Assembly (NCBI GenBank): GCA_964447165.1
Contig: CAYURS010000001.1
Location: 1-27,078 of the forward strand
Reading direction: 5' to 3'
Length of the DNA: 27,078 bases
Source: an uncultured Thiotrichales bacterium
Lineage (GTDB): Bacteria > Pseudomonadota > Gammaproteobacteria > GCA-2400775
Shown: positions 7,504-18,044 of the stretch, piece by piece
Layout: the number at the start of each line of letters is the position of its first letter
How positions within the stretch are numbered: the stretch's first letter is position 1
The notes under the pieces: generated by a model
Database searches by the model: none
What the model saw: only the letters and a program-made list of their open reading frames with translations
What the model was told of the DNA's origin: nothing
Translations under genes and position numbers: made by a program

Positions 7504-8277
7504 TTAGAGACGAACTTCAATACCCGCAGCAGCCATAAATTGCTTGGCTTCACCGATACTGTACTTGCCATAATGAAAAATACTCGCCGCCAGTACCGCG
7601 TCTGCATGGCCCAACTCAACACCAGCAACCAAATGTGATAATGAACCAACACCACCCGAGGCAATCACAGGCATAGCAATAGCATCACTCACTGCACGAG
7701 TCAGCTCGAGATCAAAACCCGCTTTAGTGCCATCACGATCCATACTGGTCAGCAGGATTTCGCCGGCACCATAATGTTGCATGCGCTGCACCCAGTCAAT
7801 CACGTCAATGCCTGTCTCTTTGCGTCCACCATGAGTATAAATCTGCCAACGGTGAGGTTCGCCTTGTGCGCTAACACAACGCGCATCAACCGCAACAACA
7901 ATACATTGTGCTCCGTATTTATCGGCAGCACGGCGCACCAGGTCTGGGTCAGCAATTGCGGCGGTATTAATACCAACCTTGTCGGCACCTGCTTTGAGCA
8001 TACGACCAACATCTGCAACGCTGCGAATGCCGCCACCGACGGTCAAGGGGATGAAAATCTCGCTGGCCACTTGCTCAACAACATGCACCATGGTATCTCG
8101 CCCTTCATGGCTGGCGCTGATATCAAGGAAGACCAGTTCATCAGCGCCCTGCGTATCGTAACGACGCGCCACCTCGACGGGGTCACCGGCATCACGAATA
8201 TCGACAAATTGCACGCCTTTAACAACGCGACCGTTGTCCACATCAAGGCAGGGAATAATACGTTTGGCTAAGGCCAT
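7504..8277 (-). CDS. hisF: Imidazole glycerol phosphate synthase cyclase subunit
   Basis: [29 protein letters not shown] and IASGGVG motifs. Its ATG overlaps the hisA stop codon (TAATG). Confidence 0.98.
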   Translation of the reverse strand: MALAKRIIPCLDVDNGRVVKGVQFVDIRDAGDPVEVARRYDTQGADELVFLDISASHEGRDTMVHVVEQVASEIFIPLTVGGGIRSVADVGRMLKAGADKVGINTAAIADPDLVRRAADKYGAQCIVVAVDARCVSAQGEPHRWQIYTHGGRKETGIDVIDWVQRMQHYGAGEILLTSMDRDGTKAGFDLELTRAVSDAIAMPVIASGGVGSLSHLVAGVELGHADAVLAASIFHYGKYSIGEAKQFMAAAGIEVRL

Positions 8278-9017
8278 TATTTTTGCGAAAATTCGTCGGC
8301 CACTTTTTGTGCGGCGGCTAAATCGAGTGTGCCTTCATAAAGTGCACGGCCACTGATGGCGCCAACAATTCCTTCGCCTTCGACGGCGCATAACTTACGC
8401 ACATCATCCATATTGGTGATACCGCCTGAAGCAATCACTGGAATGTTTATGGATTGCGCAAGTTTGACTGTTGCTTCGATATTGACACCGCCCATCATGC
8501 CGTCACGACTGATATCGGTATAAATAATTGCCTCAACGCCATCACGCTGAAAATGCTGCGCCATATCGATAACATCATGGTGTGATAATTTAGACCATCC
8601 ATTAATGGCAACTTTACCGTCTTTAGCATCGAGGCCAACGATGATGTGGCCTGGGAACTCAACACAAACCTCGGAAACAAAATGTGGTTCAGTCACTGCG
8701 CTAGTACCAATAATGACATAGCTAACACCGCTGTCGAGGTAGGCCTGAATAGTGTCGTCATCGCGAATACCACCACCGACCTGAATCGGAATATCGGGCA
8801 CTGCATCAACAATACGATGAATCACTTCGGCATTGGCAGGTCGCCCCTGGATTGCGCCATCAAGATCGACAATATGTAAACGGCGTGCGCCGGCCTCAAC
8901 CCACCGTTGCGCCATGGCCACCGGATCGTCTGAGAAAATGGTCTCATCGTCCATATTGCCCTGGCGCAGGCGCACACACTTGCCATCCTTGAGATCAATC
9001 GCTGGTATTAGCAGCAT
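8277..9017 (-). CDS. hisA: ProFAR isomerase HisA
   Basis: [33 protein letters not shown] and YTDISRDG motifs. Confidence 0.98.
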   Translation of the reverse strand: MLLIPAIDLKDGKCVRLRQGNMDDETIFSDDPVAMAQRWVEAGARRLHIVDLDGAIQGRPANAEVIHRIVDAVPDIPIQVGGGIRDDDTIQAYLDSGVSYVIIGTSAVTEPHFVSEVCVEFPGHIIVGLDAKDGKVAINGWSKLSHHDVIDMAQHFQRDGVEAIIYTDISRDGMMGGVNIEATVKLAQSINIPVIASGGITNMDDVRKLCAVEGEGIVGAISGRALYEGTLDLAAAQKVADEFSQK

Positions 9018-9047
9018 AATATTTTCCTCACCTCTTTACGTATCGCC

Positions 9048-9689
9048 TTATTGTCCATTCCATTGCATAAAATTATCGAGCAGTCGCAAGCCCAAATCTT
9101 GGCTTTTTTCGGGATGAAACTGCACTGCAAAAATATTTGGTGCAGCCACTGCCGCACAAAAATCGCCGCCGTAATCACAGACGCCTACGACATGCTTTGC
9201 ATCATTAGCGGCGACATAATAACTGTGCACAAAATAAAAACGACTACCTGACGTAACGCCATGCCACATTGGATGATCTTGCTTAAGATCAAGCATGCTC
9301 CAACCCATATGCGGCACTTTGAGCCTTTGGCCTGTTTTATCGACACGGCTGCGGCCAAAATAATCTACCGTACCTGGCAAAATTCCTAACCCATCGCAAC
9401 CGCCATTTTCTTCGCCCGAATCGAACAAGGCCTGCATCCCCAAACAAATCCCTAAAAAGGGCTTTTCTTTAACAAGATCTTTAATCAAGCTGTCTAACGA
9501 CAAGCGCTTTAACTCAGACATCGCCTCACGTAACGCGCCAACGCCGGGGAAAACCACACGATCTGCCTCAGCAATCAGCTTAGGGTCATTAGTCACGTGA
9601 ACTGATGCATTGGGACTCACATGTTCTAATGCCTTTGACACAGAGCGTAAATTGCCCATACCGTAATCTATCACTGCGACCGAATTCAT
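9048..9689 (-). CDS. hisH: Imidazole glycerol phosphate synthase glutaminase subunit
   Basis: IDYGMGNLRSV, GICLGMQ (catalytic Cys), VPHMGW and QFHPEKS motifs. Confidence 0.98.
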   Translation of the reverse strand: MNSVAVIDYGMGNLRSVSKALEHVSPNASVHVTNDPKLIAEADRVVFPGVGALREAMSELKRLSLDSLIKDLVKEKPFLGICLGMQALFDSGEENGGCDGLGILPGTVDYFGRSRVDKTGQRLKVPHMGWSMLDLKQDHPMWHGVTSGSRFYFVHSYYVAANDAKHVVGVCDYGGDFCAAVAAPNIFAVQFHPEKSQDLGLRLLDNFMQWNGQ

Positions 9690-9716
9690 AATTAATCTAT
9701 CTTTGTGGCGAATGTA

Positions 9717-10310
9717 TTAGAGCTTGCCTTTGGTTGAGGGAATCGTGCCTGCACTGCGCTCATCAAACTCAATCGCCATACGCAGGGCACGACCGAAGGC
9801 CTTGAACACGGTTTCAATAATGTGATGGGCATTATCGCCGCGAATATTGTCGATATGCAGCGTAATCCAGGCATGGTTAACCAGGCCACCAAAAAATTCG
9901 CGGAACAGGTCAACATCAAAACCACCAACGCTGGAACGCGGAAAATTAATGGCGTATTCAAGGCCTGGACGCCCTGAAAAATCAATGACAACACGTGACA
10001 AGGCTTCATCAAGCGGCACATAGGCATGACCGTAACGACGAATACCACGTTTGTCACCAATTGCTTTAGCCAATGCTTGACCCAAGGTGATACCGATATC
10101 TTCAACCGTGTGATGATCATCAATCTCAGTGTCACCTTTAGCGCTCACCGTAAGATCAACCAAGCCATGCCTGGCAATTTGATCCATCATATGATCAAGA
10201 AAAGGAATACCACTATCCAGTTTAGCCTGACCGCTGCCATCGAGGTTAATGCTGACTTCAATTTGGGTTTCTAGCGTATCGCGTTTTACCGACGCCCTAC
10301 GATCTGTCAT
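9717..10310 (-). CDS. hisB: Imidazoleglycerol-phosphate dehydratase (monofunctional HisB)
   Basis: DDHHTVED and NAHHIIE metal motifs; C-terminal PSTKGKL; no phosphatase domain. Start placed at ATG 10310 (GGAG SD upstream) rather than 10328. Confidence 0.96.
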   Translation of the reverse strand: MTDRRASVKRDTLETQIEVSINLDGSGQAKLDSGIPFLDHMMDQIARHGLVDLTVSAKGDTEIDDHHTVEDIGITLGQALAKAIGDKRGIRRYGHAYVPLDEALSRVVIDFSGRPGLEYAINFPRSSVGGFDVDLFREFFGGLVNHAWITLHIDNIRGDNAHHIIETVFKAFGRALRMAIEFDERSAGTIPSTKGKL

Positions 10311-10337
10311 GATTTTCTCCAAGCACAACTATAACAA

Positions 10338-11639
10338 TTAATCTTGAATTCGGTATTCGGCTGAGCGTGCATGCGCGGTCAAGCCTTCGCCACGTGCTAG
10401 CGTTGCAGCAATTTTACCCAGTTTAGATGCACCTTCGGGCGAACACATAATGAGGCTAGAACGTTTTTGAAAATCATAAACACCCAGCGGCGATGAAAAG
10501 CGTGCGGTACCTGCTGTTGGTAAAACATGGTTCGGCCCGGCGCAATAATCGCCCAGCACTTCAGTGGTTGATTGCCCCATAAAAATCGCTCCCGCGTGGC
10601 GCACTTTGGGCAGTAACGATTGAGGATTGGCCACCGACAGTTGTAAATGCTCAGGCGCAATGGTGTTAATTACGGTCATCGCAGTATCAATGCTGTCAGC
10701 TTCTATCATTGCGGCGCGACGGTTTAACGATGCGGTAATAATCTCGCGGCGCTCCATTTCGGGCAGCAAACGGTTAATACTTTGTTCAACCTGTTCAATA
10801 TAGGCGGTATCTGTGCTGATTAGAATGGCTTGCGCATTTTCATCGTGTTCAGACTGTGAGAACAAATCCATCGCCACCCAGTCTGCCGGCATACTGTTAT
10901 CTGCTAACACCACTATTTCTGACGGGCCAGCAATCATATCGATCCCGACGGTGCCAAATACCAAGCGCTTGGCTGTTGCTACATAAATATTGCCTGGACC
11001 AACAATCTTATCGACGGCGGGCACGGTGTCGGTACCATAGGCTAGCGCGGCAATGGCTTGCGCACCACCAACGGTAAAGACGCGATTAACACCGCTAATG
11101 GCGGCCGCCGCTAATACCAATTCGTTGAGCACACCATTGGGTGTCGGCACCACCATAATCAATTCATCAACACCAGCGACTTTGGCTGGAATAGCATTCA
11201 TTAATACCGATGAGGGATAAGCAGCTTTGCCGCCCGGCACATAAAGCCCGACACGATCCAGCGGCGTGATTTTTTGACCGAGCAAGGTGCCATCTTCCTC
11301 GGTATATTGCCAAGACTCACTTTTTTGTTTAACGTGATAATCGCGTAATCGTTGTGCCGCTTGTTGCAGGGCGCTTCTTTGTGCTTGCGGAATAGTCTTT
11401 AAAGCCTGTTGCAAACGTGATGCGGGTAATTCTAATTCAGTGGCACTGGCAACCTTTAAGTGATCAAAGCGCTCGGTATACTCGGTAAGCGCTGCATCAC
11501 CACGTTGGCGCACATCCATTAAGATTTCGCGTACGGTATTATTGATCGCCAGATCATCGGCATCATCAAAGTCGCGCAGCGTTTTAAGTTGCTGCCAAAA
11601 ATCTGCAGACCCGGTGTTTAATCGTCGTATTACAACCAT
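10338..11639 (-). CDS. hisD: Histidinol dehydrogenase
   Basis: [51 protein letters not shown] and AHARS motifs. Confidence 0.98.
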   Translation of the reverse strand: MVVIRRLNTGSADFWQQLKTLRDFDDADDLAINNTVREILMDVRQRGDAALTEYTERFDHLKVASATELELPASRLQQALKTIPQAQRSALQQAAQRLRDYHVKQKSESWQYTEEDGTLLGQKITPLDRVGLYVPGGKAAYPSSVLMNAIPAKVAGVDELIMVVPTPNGVLNELVLAAAAISGVNRVFTVGGAQAIAALAYGTDTVPAVDKIVGPGNIYVATAKRLVFGTVGIDMIAGPSEIVVLADNSMPADWVAMDLFSQSEHDENAQAILISTDTAYIEQVEQSINRLLPEMERREIITASLNRRAAMIEADSIDTAMTVINTIAPEHLQLSVANPQSLLPKVRHAGAIFMGQSTTEVLGDYCAGPNHVLPTAGTARFSSPLGVYDFQKRSSLIMCSPEGASKLGKIAATLARGEGLTAHARSAEYRIQD

Positions 11640-11648
11640 GAGTCTGAT

Positions 11649-12284
11649 TTAGCGCGCTTCTACTGCTGAGCTAATCTGTTCAATTAATTGCTTAATGCGA
11701 GACTGTTTCATTTTCATCGAACCCTTATTCACCACCAAGCGCGAGCTGACATCCATAATATGCTCCATTGGCACTAGACCATTAGCGCGCAAGGTATTGC
11801 CAGTATCAACCAGGTCAACAATCAAATCAGACAAACCGACCATAGGCGCCAGCTCCATAGAGCCATAGAGTTTGATGATTTCAACCTGGACACCTTGCTT
11901 GGCATAATATTGCTGTGTCGTACGGACGTATTTAGTGGCTATACGCATACGTGCCTGGCGCTGAGTGTAGTCAGGCACACCCGCGAGCATCAAAGCACAA
12001 CTAGCGATTTTTAAATCCAGCAGTTCGTATAAACCATTGCCGTCATACTCAACCAACACGTCTTTACCTGCGATGCCAACATCAGCAGCACCATACTCAA
12101 CAAAGGTGGGGACATCAGCAGCACGAATAATAACGAGCTTAACGCTAGGCTCGTTAGTATCGATAATGAGCTTGCGGCTGATATCAGGGTCTTCTGTTGG
12201 CACGATGCCAGCGGCGGCCAACAAAGGTAAGGCTTCTTGGTAAATACGCCCTTTAGAAACGGCAATAGTGAGATTATCGTTCAA
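11649..12284 (-). CDS. hisG: ATP phosphoribosyltransferase, short form (needs HisZ, which is not in this window)
   Basis: [25 protein letters not shown] and YGSMELAP...[14 protein letters not shown] motifs; 211 aa, lacking the C-terminal regulatory domain. Start placed at TTG 12284 with GGAG 5 nt upstream. Confidence 0.95.
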   Translation of the reverse strand: MNDNLTIAVSKGRIYQEALPLLAAAGIVPTEDPDISRKLIIDTNEPSVKLVIIRAADVPTFVEYGAADVGIAGKDVLVEYDGNGLYELLDLKIASCALMLAGVPDYTQRQARMRIATKYVRTTQQYYAKQGVQVEIIKLYGSMELAPMVGLSDLIVDLVDTGNTLRANGLVPMEHIMDVSSRLVVNKGSMKMKQSRIKQLIEQISSAVEAR

Positions 12285-12298
12285 AGTCACTCCAGGCT

Positions 12299-13573
<1,275 letters not shown>

Positions 13574-13627
13574 TTACTCGACCAAAGGAAGGGTTCTTAT
13601 GTTTAAGAAAACGCGAGCTAACGATGT

Positions 13628-13858
13628 TTACGCCGTCTTAGGCACCTGCGTTTTGAGAGCTAATGCATGGATCGCTGCATTTTCAACATTGTCACCTAAA
13701 GTTGCATAGACCATACGATGTTGTTCGAGAATAGATTTGTCACGAAAAATTTCTGCGACAACCACTGCTTCAAAATGAACACCATCATCACCCTTAACCT
13801 TAACATCGGCACCGGGGAGTCCGCTTAATATCATTTGTTCAATCTGGGGAGCTTGCAT
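13628..13858 (-). CDS. ibaG: BolA/IbaG family protein
   Basis: GDDGVHFEAVVV, QHRMVY and IHAL motifs; conserved position between mlaB and murA. Confidence 0.9.
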   Translation of the reverse strand: MQAPQIEQMILSGLPGADVKVKGDDGVHFEAVVVAEIFRDKSILEQHRMVYATLGDNVENAAIHALALKTQVPKTA

Positions 13859-13881
13859 ATTTTAAATCCGCAAATGATGTC

Positions 13882-13890
13882 ATTCTAGCA
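13882..13890 (-). promoter_or_regulatory. Candidate extended -10 internal promoter for ibaG-murA-his-tat
   Basis: Minus strand TG-C-TAGAAT about 24 nt upstream of the ibaG ATG, in a spacer of 145 bp. No good -35 hexamer, as is tolerated for extended -10 promoters. Confidence 0.45.
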
Positions 13891-14003
13891 TAAGGAAACT
13901 TCCATTAATCACTTATAACTCTACGTGATTGAAACGTGCAGAGGGGCGCAACCCTTGATTGACAGACAACCTGCATACCTTCGCAGCGAAACATTGAAAG
14001 CAG

Positions 14004-14306
14004 CTAAGCTGCAATAGGTAAAATACTATCGAGACGTGTCATCGCTAACACAGAGAGTATATGAGCAGGCACGTCAACAAAACTCAATTCGCCTCCAGCC
14101 AAATCCACTTGGCGATAAAGCTCAACCATAAACGCGGTTGCCGCACTATCGGCATAGCTAATTTGAGCAAGGTTAACCGAGAGATTATTTGCATGTAATA
14201 CCAACGTTGCAATTAATGCCTCTGATTGCGCCGCGCTATCAAAGCTCAACTCACCACTGAGATAACAATGGTTACCATCAAAGCGATGCTCAAGCTGAGC
14301 CATCAT
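14004..14306 (-). CDS. mlaB: STAS-domain subunit MlaB
   Basis: LSGELSF, NLAQISYADSAA and the L..VLAMTRLD end typical of STAS/MlaB; position after mlaC. Start placed at ATG 14306 (or 14303) rather than 14378. Confidence 0.88.
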   Translation of the reverse strand: MMAQLEHRFDGNHCYLSGELSFDSAAQSEALIATLVLHANNLSVNLAQISYADSAATAFMVELYRQVDLAGGELSFVDVPAHILSVLAMTRLDSILPIAA

Positions 14307-14934
14307 CACCATCAGCCGCACGTTTGTTACGACGCTCAAGATCTGCAACCAAAGCATCGATGCCTTTTTTGCCAACAAAAGTGGAAAAGGTGCTGCGATA
14401 ATTGGTAATCAGGCTAATGCCCTCAATGGTGATGTTAAACACCTTCCAGCTATCCTTTTTTTCGTACAAACGATAAGTCACTGCAACCGACTCATCGCCT
14501 GTGTCCACTTCGCTAGCCACATCAACATATCTGTCGCCCTCTTCAAAGCGCACGGGCTTGTAGCGCACCTCAGCATCAGCAAAACGATAGAGCGCCTTGG
14601 CATAAGTATTCAATAATAGCTCACGAAACTGTTCAGTAAAGGCTTTACGCTGAGGCACCGTGGCGCGCCGCCAGTGCTTACCTAATGCCAGTTTCGACAT
14701 GCGTACAAAATCAAAGTAAGGCAATATTTTGTCACTGACAATTTTGCGTAATACGGCATTGTCAGCTTCAATCGCTGCTTTTTCTGACTGAAATGCTGAC
14801 AACAAATCCGCCGTGGTCTTGGCCACCAGTTGCTGGGCAGGGTGATCCTCGGCTGTTGCGGCATTCGCCAACGAACCATTAACGAATAAACAACCAGCAA
14901 TAAAAGCCAATAATAAACCTTGTCTTTTCAACAC
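14290..14934 (-). CDS. mlaC: Periplasmic phospholipid-binding protein MlaC
   Basis: Signal peptide; DFVRMSKLALGKHWR, WKVFNITIEGISLITNYRSTF and GIDAL motifs. Start placed at GTG 14934 (or TTG 14931), downstream of a GGAG SD. Confidence 0.93.
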   Translation of the reverse strand: MLKRQGLLLAFIAGCLFVNGSLANAATAEDHPAQQLVAKTTADLLSAFQSEKAAIEADNAVLRKIVSDKILPYFDFVRMSKLALGKHWRRATVPQRKAFTEQFRELLLNTYAKALYRFADAEVRYKPVRFEEGDRYVDVASEVDTGDESVAVTYRLYEKKDSWKVFNITIEGISLITNYRSTFSTFVGKKGIDALVADLERRNKRAADGDDGSA

Positions 14935-15015
14935 TGAAATCTCCTGGGTCAAACCTAATATATATTGCTTAATATTGACATAAACAACCCAAACAACAGC
15001 TTAAGGGAGCTCTGA

Positions 15016-15471
15016 TTACTCTGCTTCGTTTAGCAAAAACTGGCCGATTAATTGCTCTATTACGATAGCAGACTGGGTTAACTGAATCACATCGCCCGGG
15101 TTCAAGTACTCTTCCTCTGCCCCCGGCTCTAAACCAATATATTGCTCACCTAACAAACCTGAGGTAAAAATGTTCGCCGAGGTATCAATCGGCAAGCGAT
15201 CATAACCGCGACTAATCGTCATCTCAACCACCGCCTGATACCTGTCCTGGTCATAGTTAATGGCATTGACGCGACCCACTCTGACACCACCCAAACGCAC
15301 TGGTGAGCGCACTTTAAGTCCACCAATGTTATCGAACCGTGCATTGATGGTATAACCTTCGGTATCGGCAAAGGCGCCAAGGCTGCTCACCTTCATCGCC
15401 AACATAACCAGCGCAGCCAAGCCTGCCACGACAAAGAGCCCCACCGCAATTTCGGTCATTCTATGATACAT
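15016..15471 (-). CDS. mlaD: MCE-domain protein MlaD
   Basis: EIAVGLFVVAG transmembrane segment; FDNIGGLKVRSPV.LGGVRVGRV and TSGLLGEQYIGLEPG motifs. Confidence 0.96.
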   Translation of the reverse strand: MYHRMTEIAVGLFVVAGLAALVMLAMKVSSLGAFADTEGYTINARFDNIGGLKVRSPVRLGGVRVGRVNAINYDQDRYQAVVEMTISRGYDRLPIDTSANIFTSGLLGEQYIGLEPGAEEEYLNPGDVIQLTQSAIVIEQLIGQFLLNEAE

Positions 15472-15472
15472 A

Positions 15473-16255
15473 CTAGCTCCCTGAAAACATCAGCGCAGTT
15501 AATATAAAGTCAAAACCCAGCACAGCAAACGCGCTATGAACCACTGTCCGCATCGTCGCACGGCTAACACCCTCTGCCGTTGGCTTGGCATCATAACCTT
15601 CGAACACGGCGATCCAGGTGATAATAATACCGAATACTACACTCTTGATAACGCCATTGAGAATATCGTCATACAGATCCACATTAGCCTGCATCAAAGA
15701 CCAAAAGGCACCACTATCAACACCTAGCATGCCAACACCCACCAAATAGCCACCAATAATACCCACAGCACTAAACATCGCCGCCAATAAGGGCATAGAC
15801 AACACACCAGCGAGAAAGCGTGGCGCCACCACCCGCTTTATCGGGTCAACTGCCATCATCTCCATGCTTGATAGCTGCTCGGTCGCTTTCATTAAGCCAA
15901 TCTCTGCGGTCAATGCAGATCCCGCACGCCCAGCAAATAACAAACCTGCCAAGACTGGGCCCAGCTCACGTACCAACGACAAAGCAATCACCTGGCCAAG
16001 TAATTGCTCTGAGCCAAAATCACGTAAGGTATAAAACATTTGCAAACTGAGTACCATGCCAACCGCTAAGGCAGAGATCACAATAATCGCAATCGATAGC
16101 ACCCCCACCTCGTAGATCTGGGTGATGACCAAAGAAAAACGACGCAACAACATCGGCAAAGCGGCAATGACCTGAGCAATAAATAATGTCGCTTGGCCGA
16201 GACGGGCTAATACGCGCAACGCCGCCTCGCCAATAAATCGTATTGACTCAAACAT
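15473..16255 (-). CDS. mlaE: Mla ABC transporter permease MlaE
   Basis: RELGPVLAGLLFAGRAGSALTAEIGLMKATEQ and VAPRF motifs. Start placed at ATG 16255. Confidence 0.97.
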   Translation of the reverse strand: MFESIRFIGEAALRVLARLGQATLFIAQVIAALPMLLRRFSLVITQIYEVGVLSIAIIVISALAVGMVLSLQMFYTLRDFGSEQLLGQVIALSLVRELGPVLAGLLFAGRAGSALTAEIGLMKATEQLSSMEMMAVDPIKRVVAPRFLAGVLSMPLLAAMFSAVGIIGGYLVGVGMLGVDSGAFWSLMQANVDLYDDILNGVIKSVVFGIIITWIAVFEGYDAKPTAEGVSRATMRTVVHSAFAVLGFDFILTALMFSGS

Positions 16256-16361
16256 CAACAGCGCCCTGAGTAGAGCGTAAATAACGCACTATAAGGAAAC
16301 GCTCTTGGGCGACACTTTTATTAGTCAACGTGTCCTTAGAATACAAGGCCATCACCACACT

Positions 16362-17168
16362 TTATTTAACGCTAGCAAATAAATCATTTTTATAGTCTGT
16401 CGCTGGATACTGAAACGATACTGGGCCATCTGGCTCGGCACGTAAAAACTGTCGTGCCCAGGGCGAATCTGATTGTTGAAGTTGTTTTGGTGTGCCACTC
16501 GCAATCACTTTGCCAGCTGAAATTATATAGACAAAATCTGATACCTCCATGGCCTCATGCACATCATGCGACACAATAATGCTGGTCATACCTAAACTGT
16601 CATTCAACAATTTAATCAAACGTGTGATTACCGCCTTAGTGATCGGATCCTGGCCAACAAACGGTTCGTCGTACATCATTAAGCGCGGATCAAGCGCAAT
16701 GGCTCGAGCAAGCGCAACCCGCCTAGCCATACCACCAGACAATTCCACAGGCATTAGTTCTGCGGCACCACGCAAGCCAACCGCCTCTAATTTTGACAAC
16801 ACCAAATGCCGCACCATTTGTTCGGATAACTGAGTATGCTCGCGTATTGGGAATGCAACATTGTCGTAAACACTAAGCCCAGTAAACAATGCACTGGCTT
16901 GAAACAATAGCCCCATGTTTTTCCGTGCTGCCAACAATTGACGCTTATTCAAGCTAGGGATACTCTTTCCCTCAAAAATAATATCTCCTGCGTGCGGTCT
17001 GACTTGACCGCCAATCATGCGCAGCAATGTCGTCTTACCCGTGCCGCTGGGGCCCATTATCGTGGTGATTTTTCCGCGCTCAATTTCCATATCAAGCCCA
17101 TCAGCAATAACACGCGCGCCATAACTGAATTGCAGATCGCTAAGCGTCAAAATTACATCTGAAGACAA
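16362..17168 (-). CDS. mlaF: Mla ABC transporter ATPase MlaF
   Basis: Walker A GPSGTGKT, LSGGMARR signature, YDEPF Walker B and VSHD H-loop. TTG start with a strong GGAGGT SD. Confidence 0.97.
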   Translation of the reverse strand: MSSDVILTLSDLQFSYGARVIADGLDMEIERGKITTIMGPSGTGKTTLLRMIGGQVRPHAGDIIFEGKSIPSLNKRQLLAARKNMGLLFQASALFTGLSVYDNVAFPIREHTQLSEQMVRHLVLSKLEAVGLRGAAELMPVELSGGMARRVALARAIALDPRLMMYDEPFVGQDPITKAVITRLIKLLNDSLGMTSIIVSHDVHEAMEVSDFVYIISAGKVIASGTPKQLQQSDSPWARQFLRAEPDGPVSFQYPATDYKNDLFASVK

Positions 17169-17195
17169 GATCCACCTCCGTAACGAATCATGAAG

Positions 17196-18044
17196 TTAAA
17201 CTAAAAGCTGGCAGCCTAGGCGCCGATGCTCAAGCACTGGGAAATTCTTTCTCACGCGCGCAATAACACTGTGATCAACTTCTGCCACCACAACACCCGA
17301 ACCGCTTGCCAAGCAATCGACAATACCACCCCACGGATCAACAATCATCGAATGGCCATAACTTTCACGACCATTAATGTGATAACCACCTTGGTTCGGC
17401 GCGATGAGATAGCATAAATTCTCAATGGCTCTAGCACATACCAAATGCTGCCAATGCGCTTTACCCGTAACAGCTGTAAATGCGGAAGGAAGGAGGATGA
17501 TATCAATTCCGCCCTCTGCCATTTGCCTAAACTGTTCTGGGAATCGCAAGTCATAACAGACTGCCAAGCCAAGACGACCAAAAGAGGTGTCAACACAACA
17601 AACCTCATTTCCTGGCTCAATGGTTTGCGATTCAGCATACTGCTCGTTGCTCTCTTCAATATTGGCATCAAACAAATGCATTTTGTCATACCGTGCGAGG
17701 CGCCGTCCTGCGCTATCAAACATTAAGCAAGCAGCACGAATAAGCTTAGGGTTATTACTGGTTAACGGTATCGTACCACCGACCAAACATATACCGTGCT
17801 TACTCGCCTGATTAGCAAGAAAATCTTGCACTGGCCCTGTGCCATCGACCTCAGCCACGCACAGTTTATCTTCCTCAACAACGCCCATAAACGAAAAATT
17901 TTCTGGCAAAACAACTAATTTAGCAGCATGCTCCACGGCGATATTGATTAACCTTTCCGCCTCCATTAAGTTTGCGCTGATGGTAGGGCCTGATGCCATC
18001 TGAATGGCCGCTACGTTAAACTTAATTTGTTTTGTCTGATTCAT
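17196..18044 (-). CDS. Carbon-nitrogen hydrolase (nitrilase superfamily, Nit1/YbeM-like)
   Basis: E-K-C triad motifs LPENF, YDKMHLFD and VCYDLRFPE; GHSMIVDPWG. Start is ATG 18044 or GTG 18053, overlapping the end of yhdP. Confidence 0.93.
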   Translation of the reverse strand: MNQTKQIKFNVAAIQMASGPTISANLMEAERLINIAVEHAAKLVVLPENFSFMGVVEEDKLCVAEVDGTGPVQDFLANQASKHGICLVGGTIPLTSNNPKLIRAACLMFDSAGRRLARYDKMHLFDANIEESNEQYAESQTIEPGNEVCCVDTSFGRLGLAVCYDLRFPEQFRQMAEGGIDIILLPSAFTAVTGKAHWQHLVCARAIENLCYLIAPNQGGYHINGRESYGHSMIVDPWGGIVDCLASGSGVVVAEVDHSVIARVRKNFPVLEHRRLGCQLLV

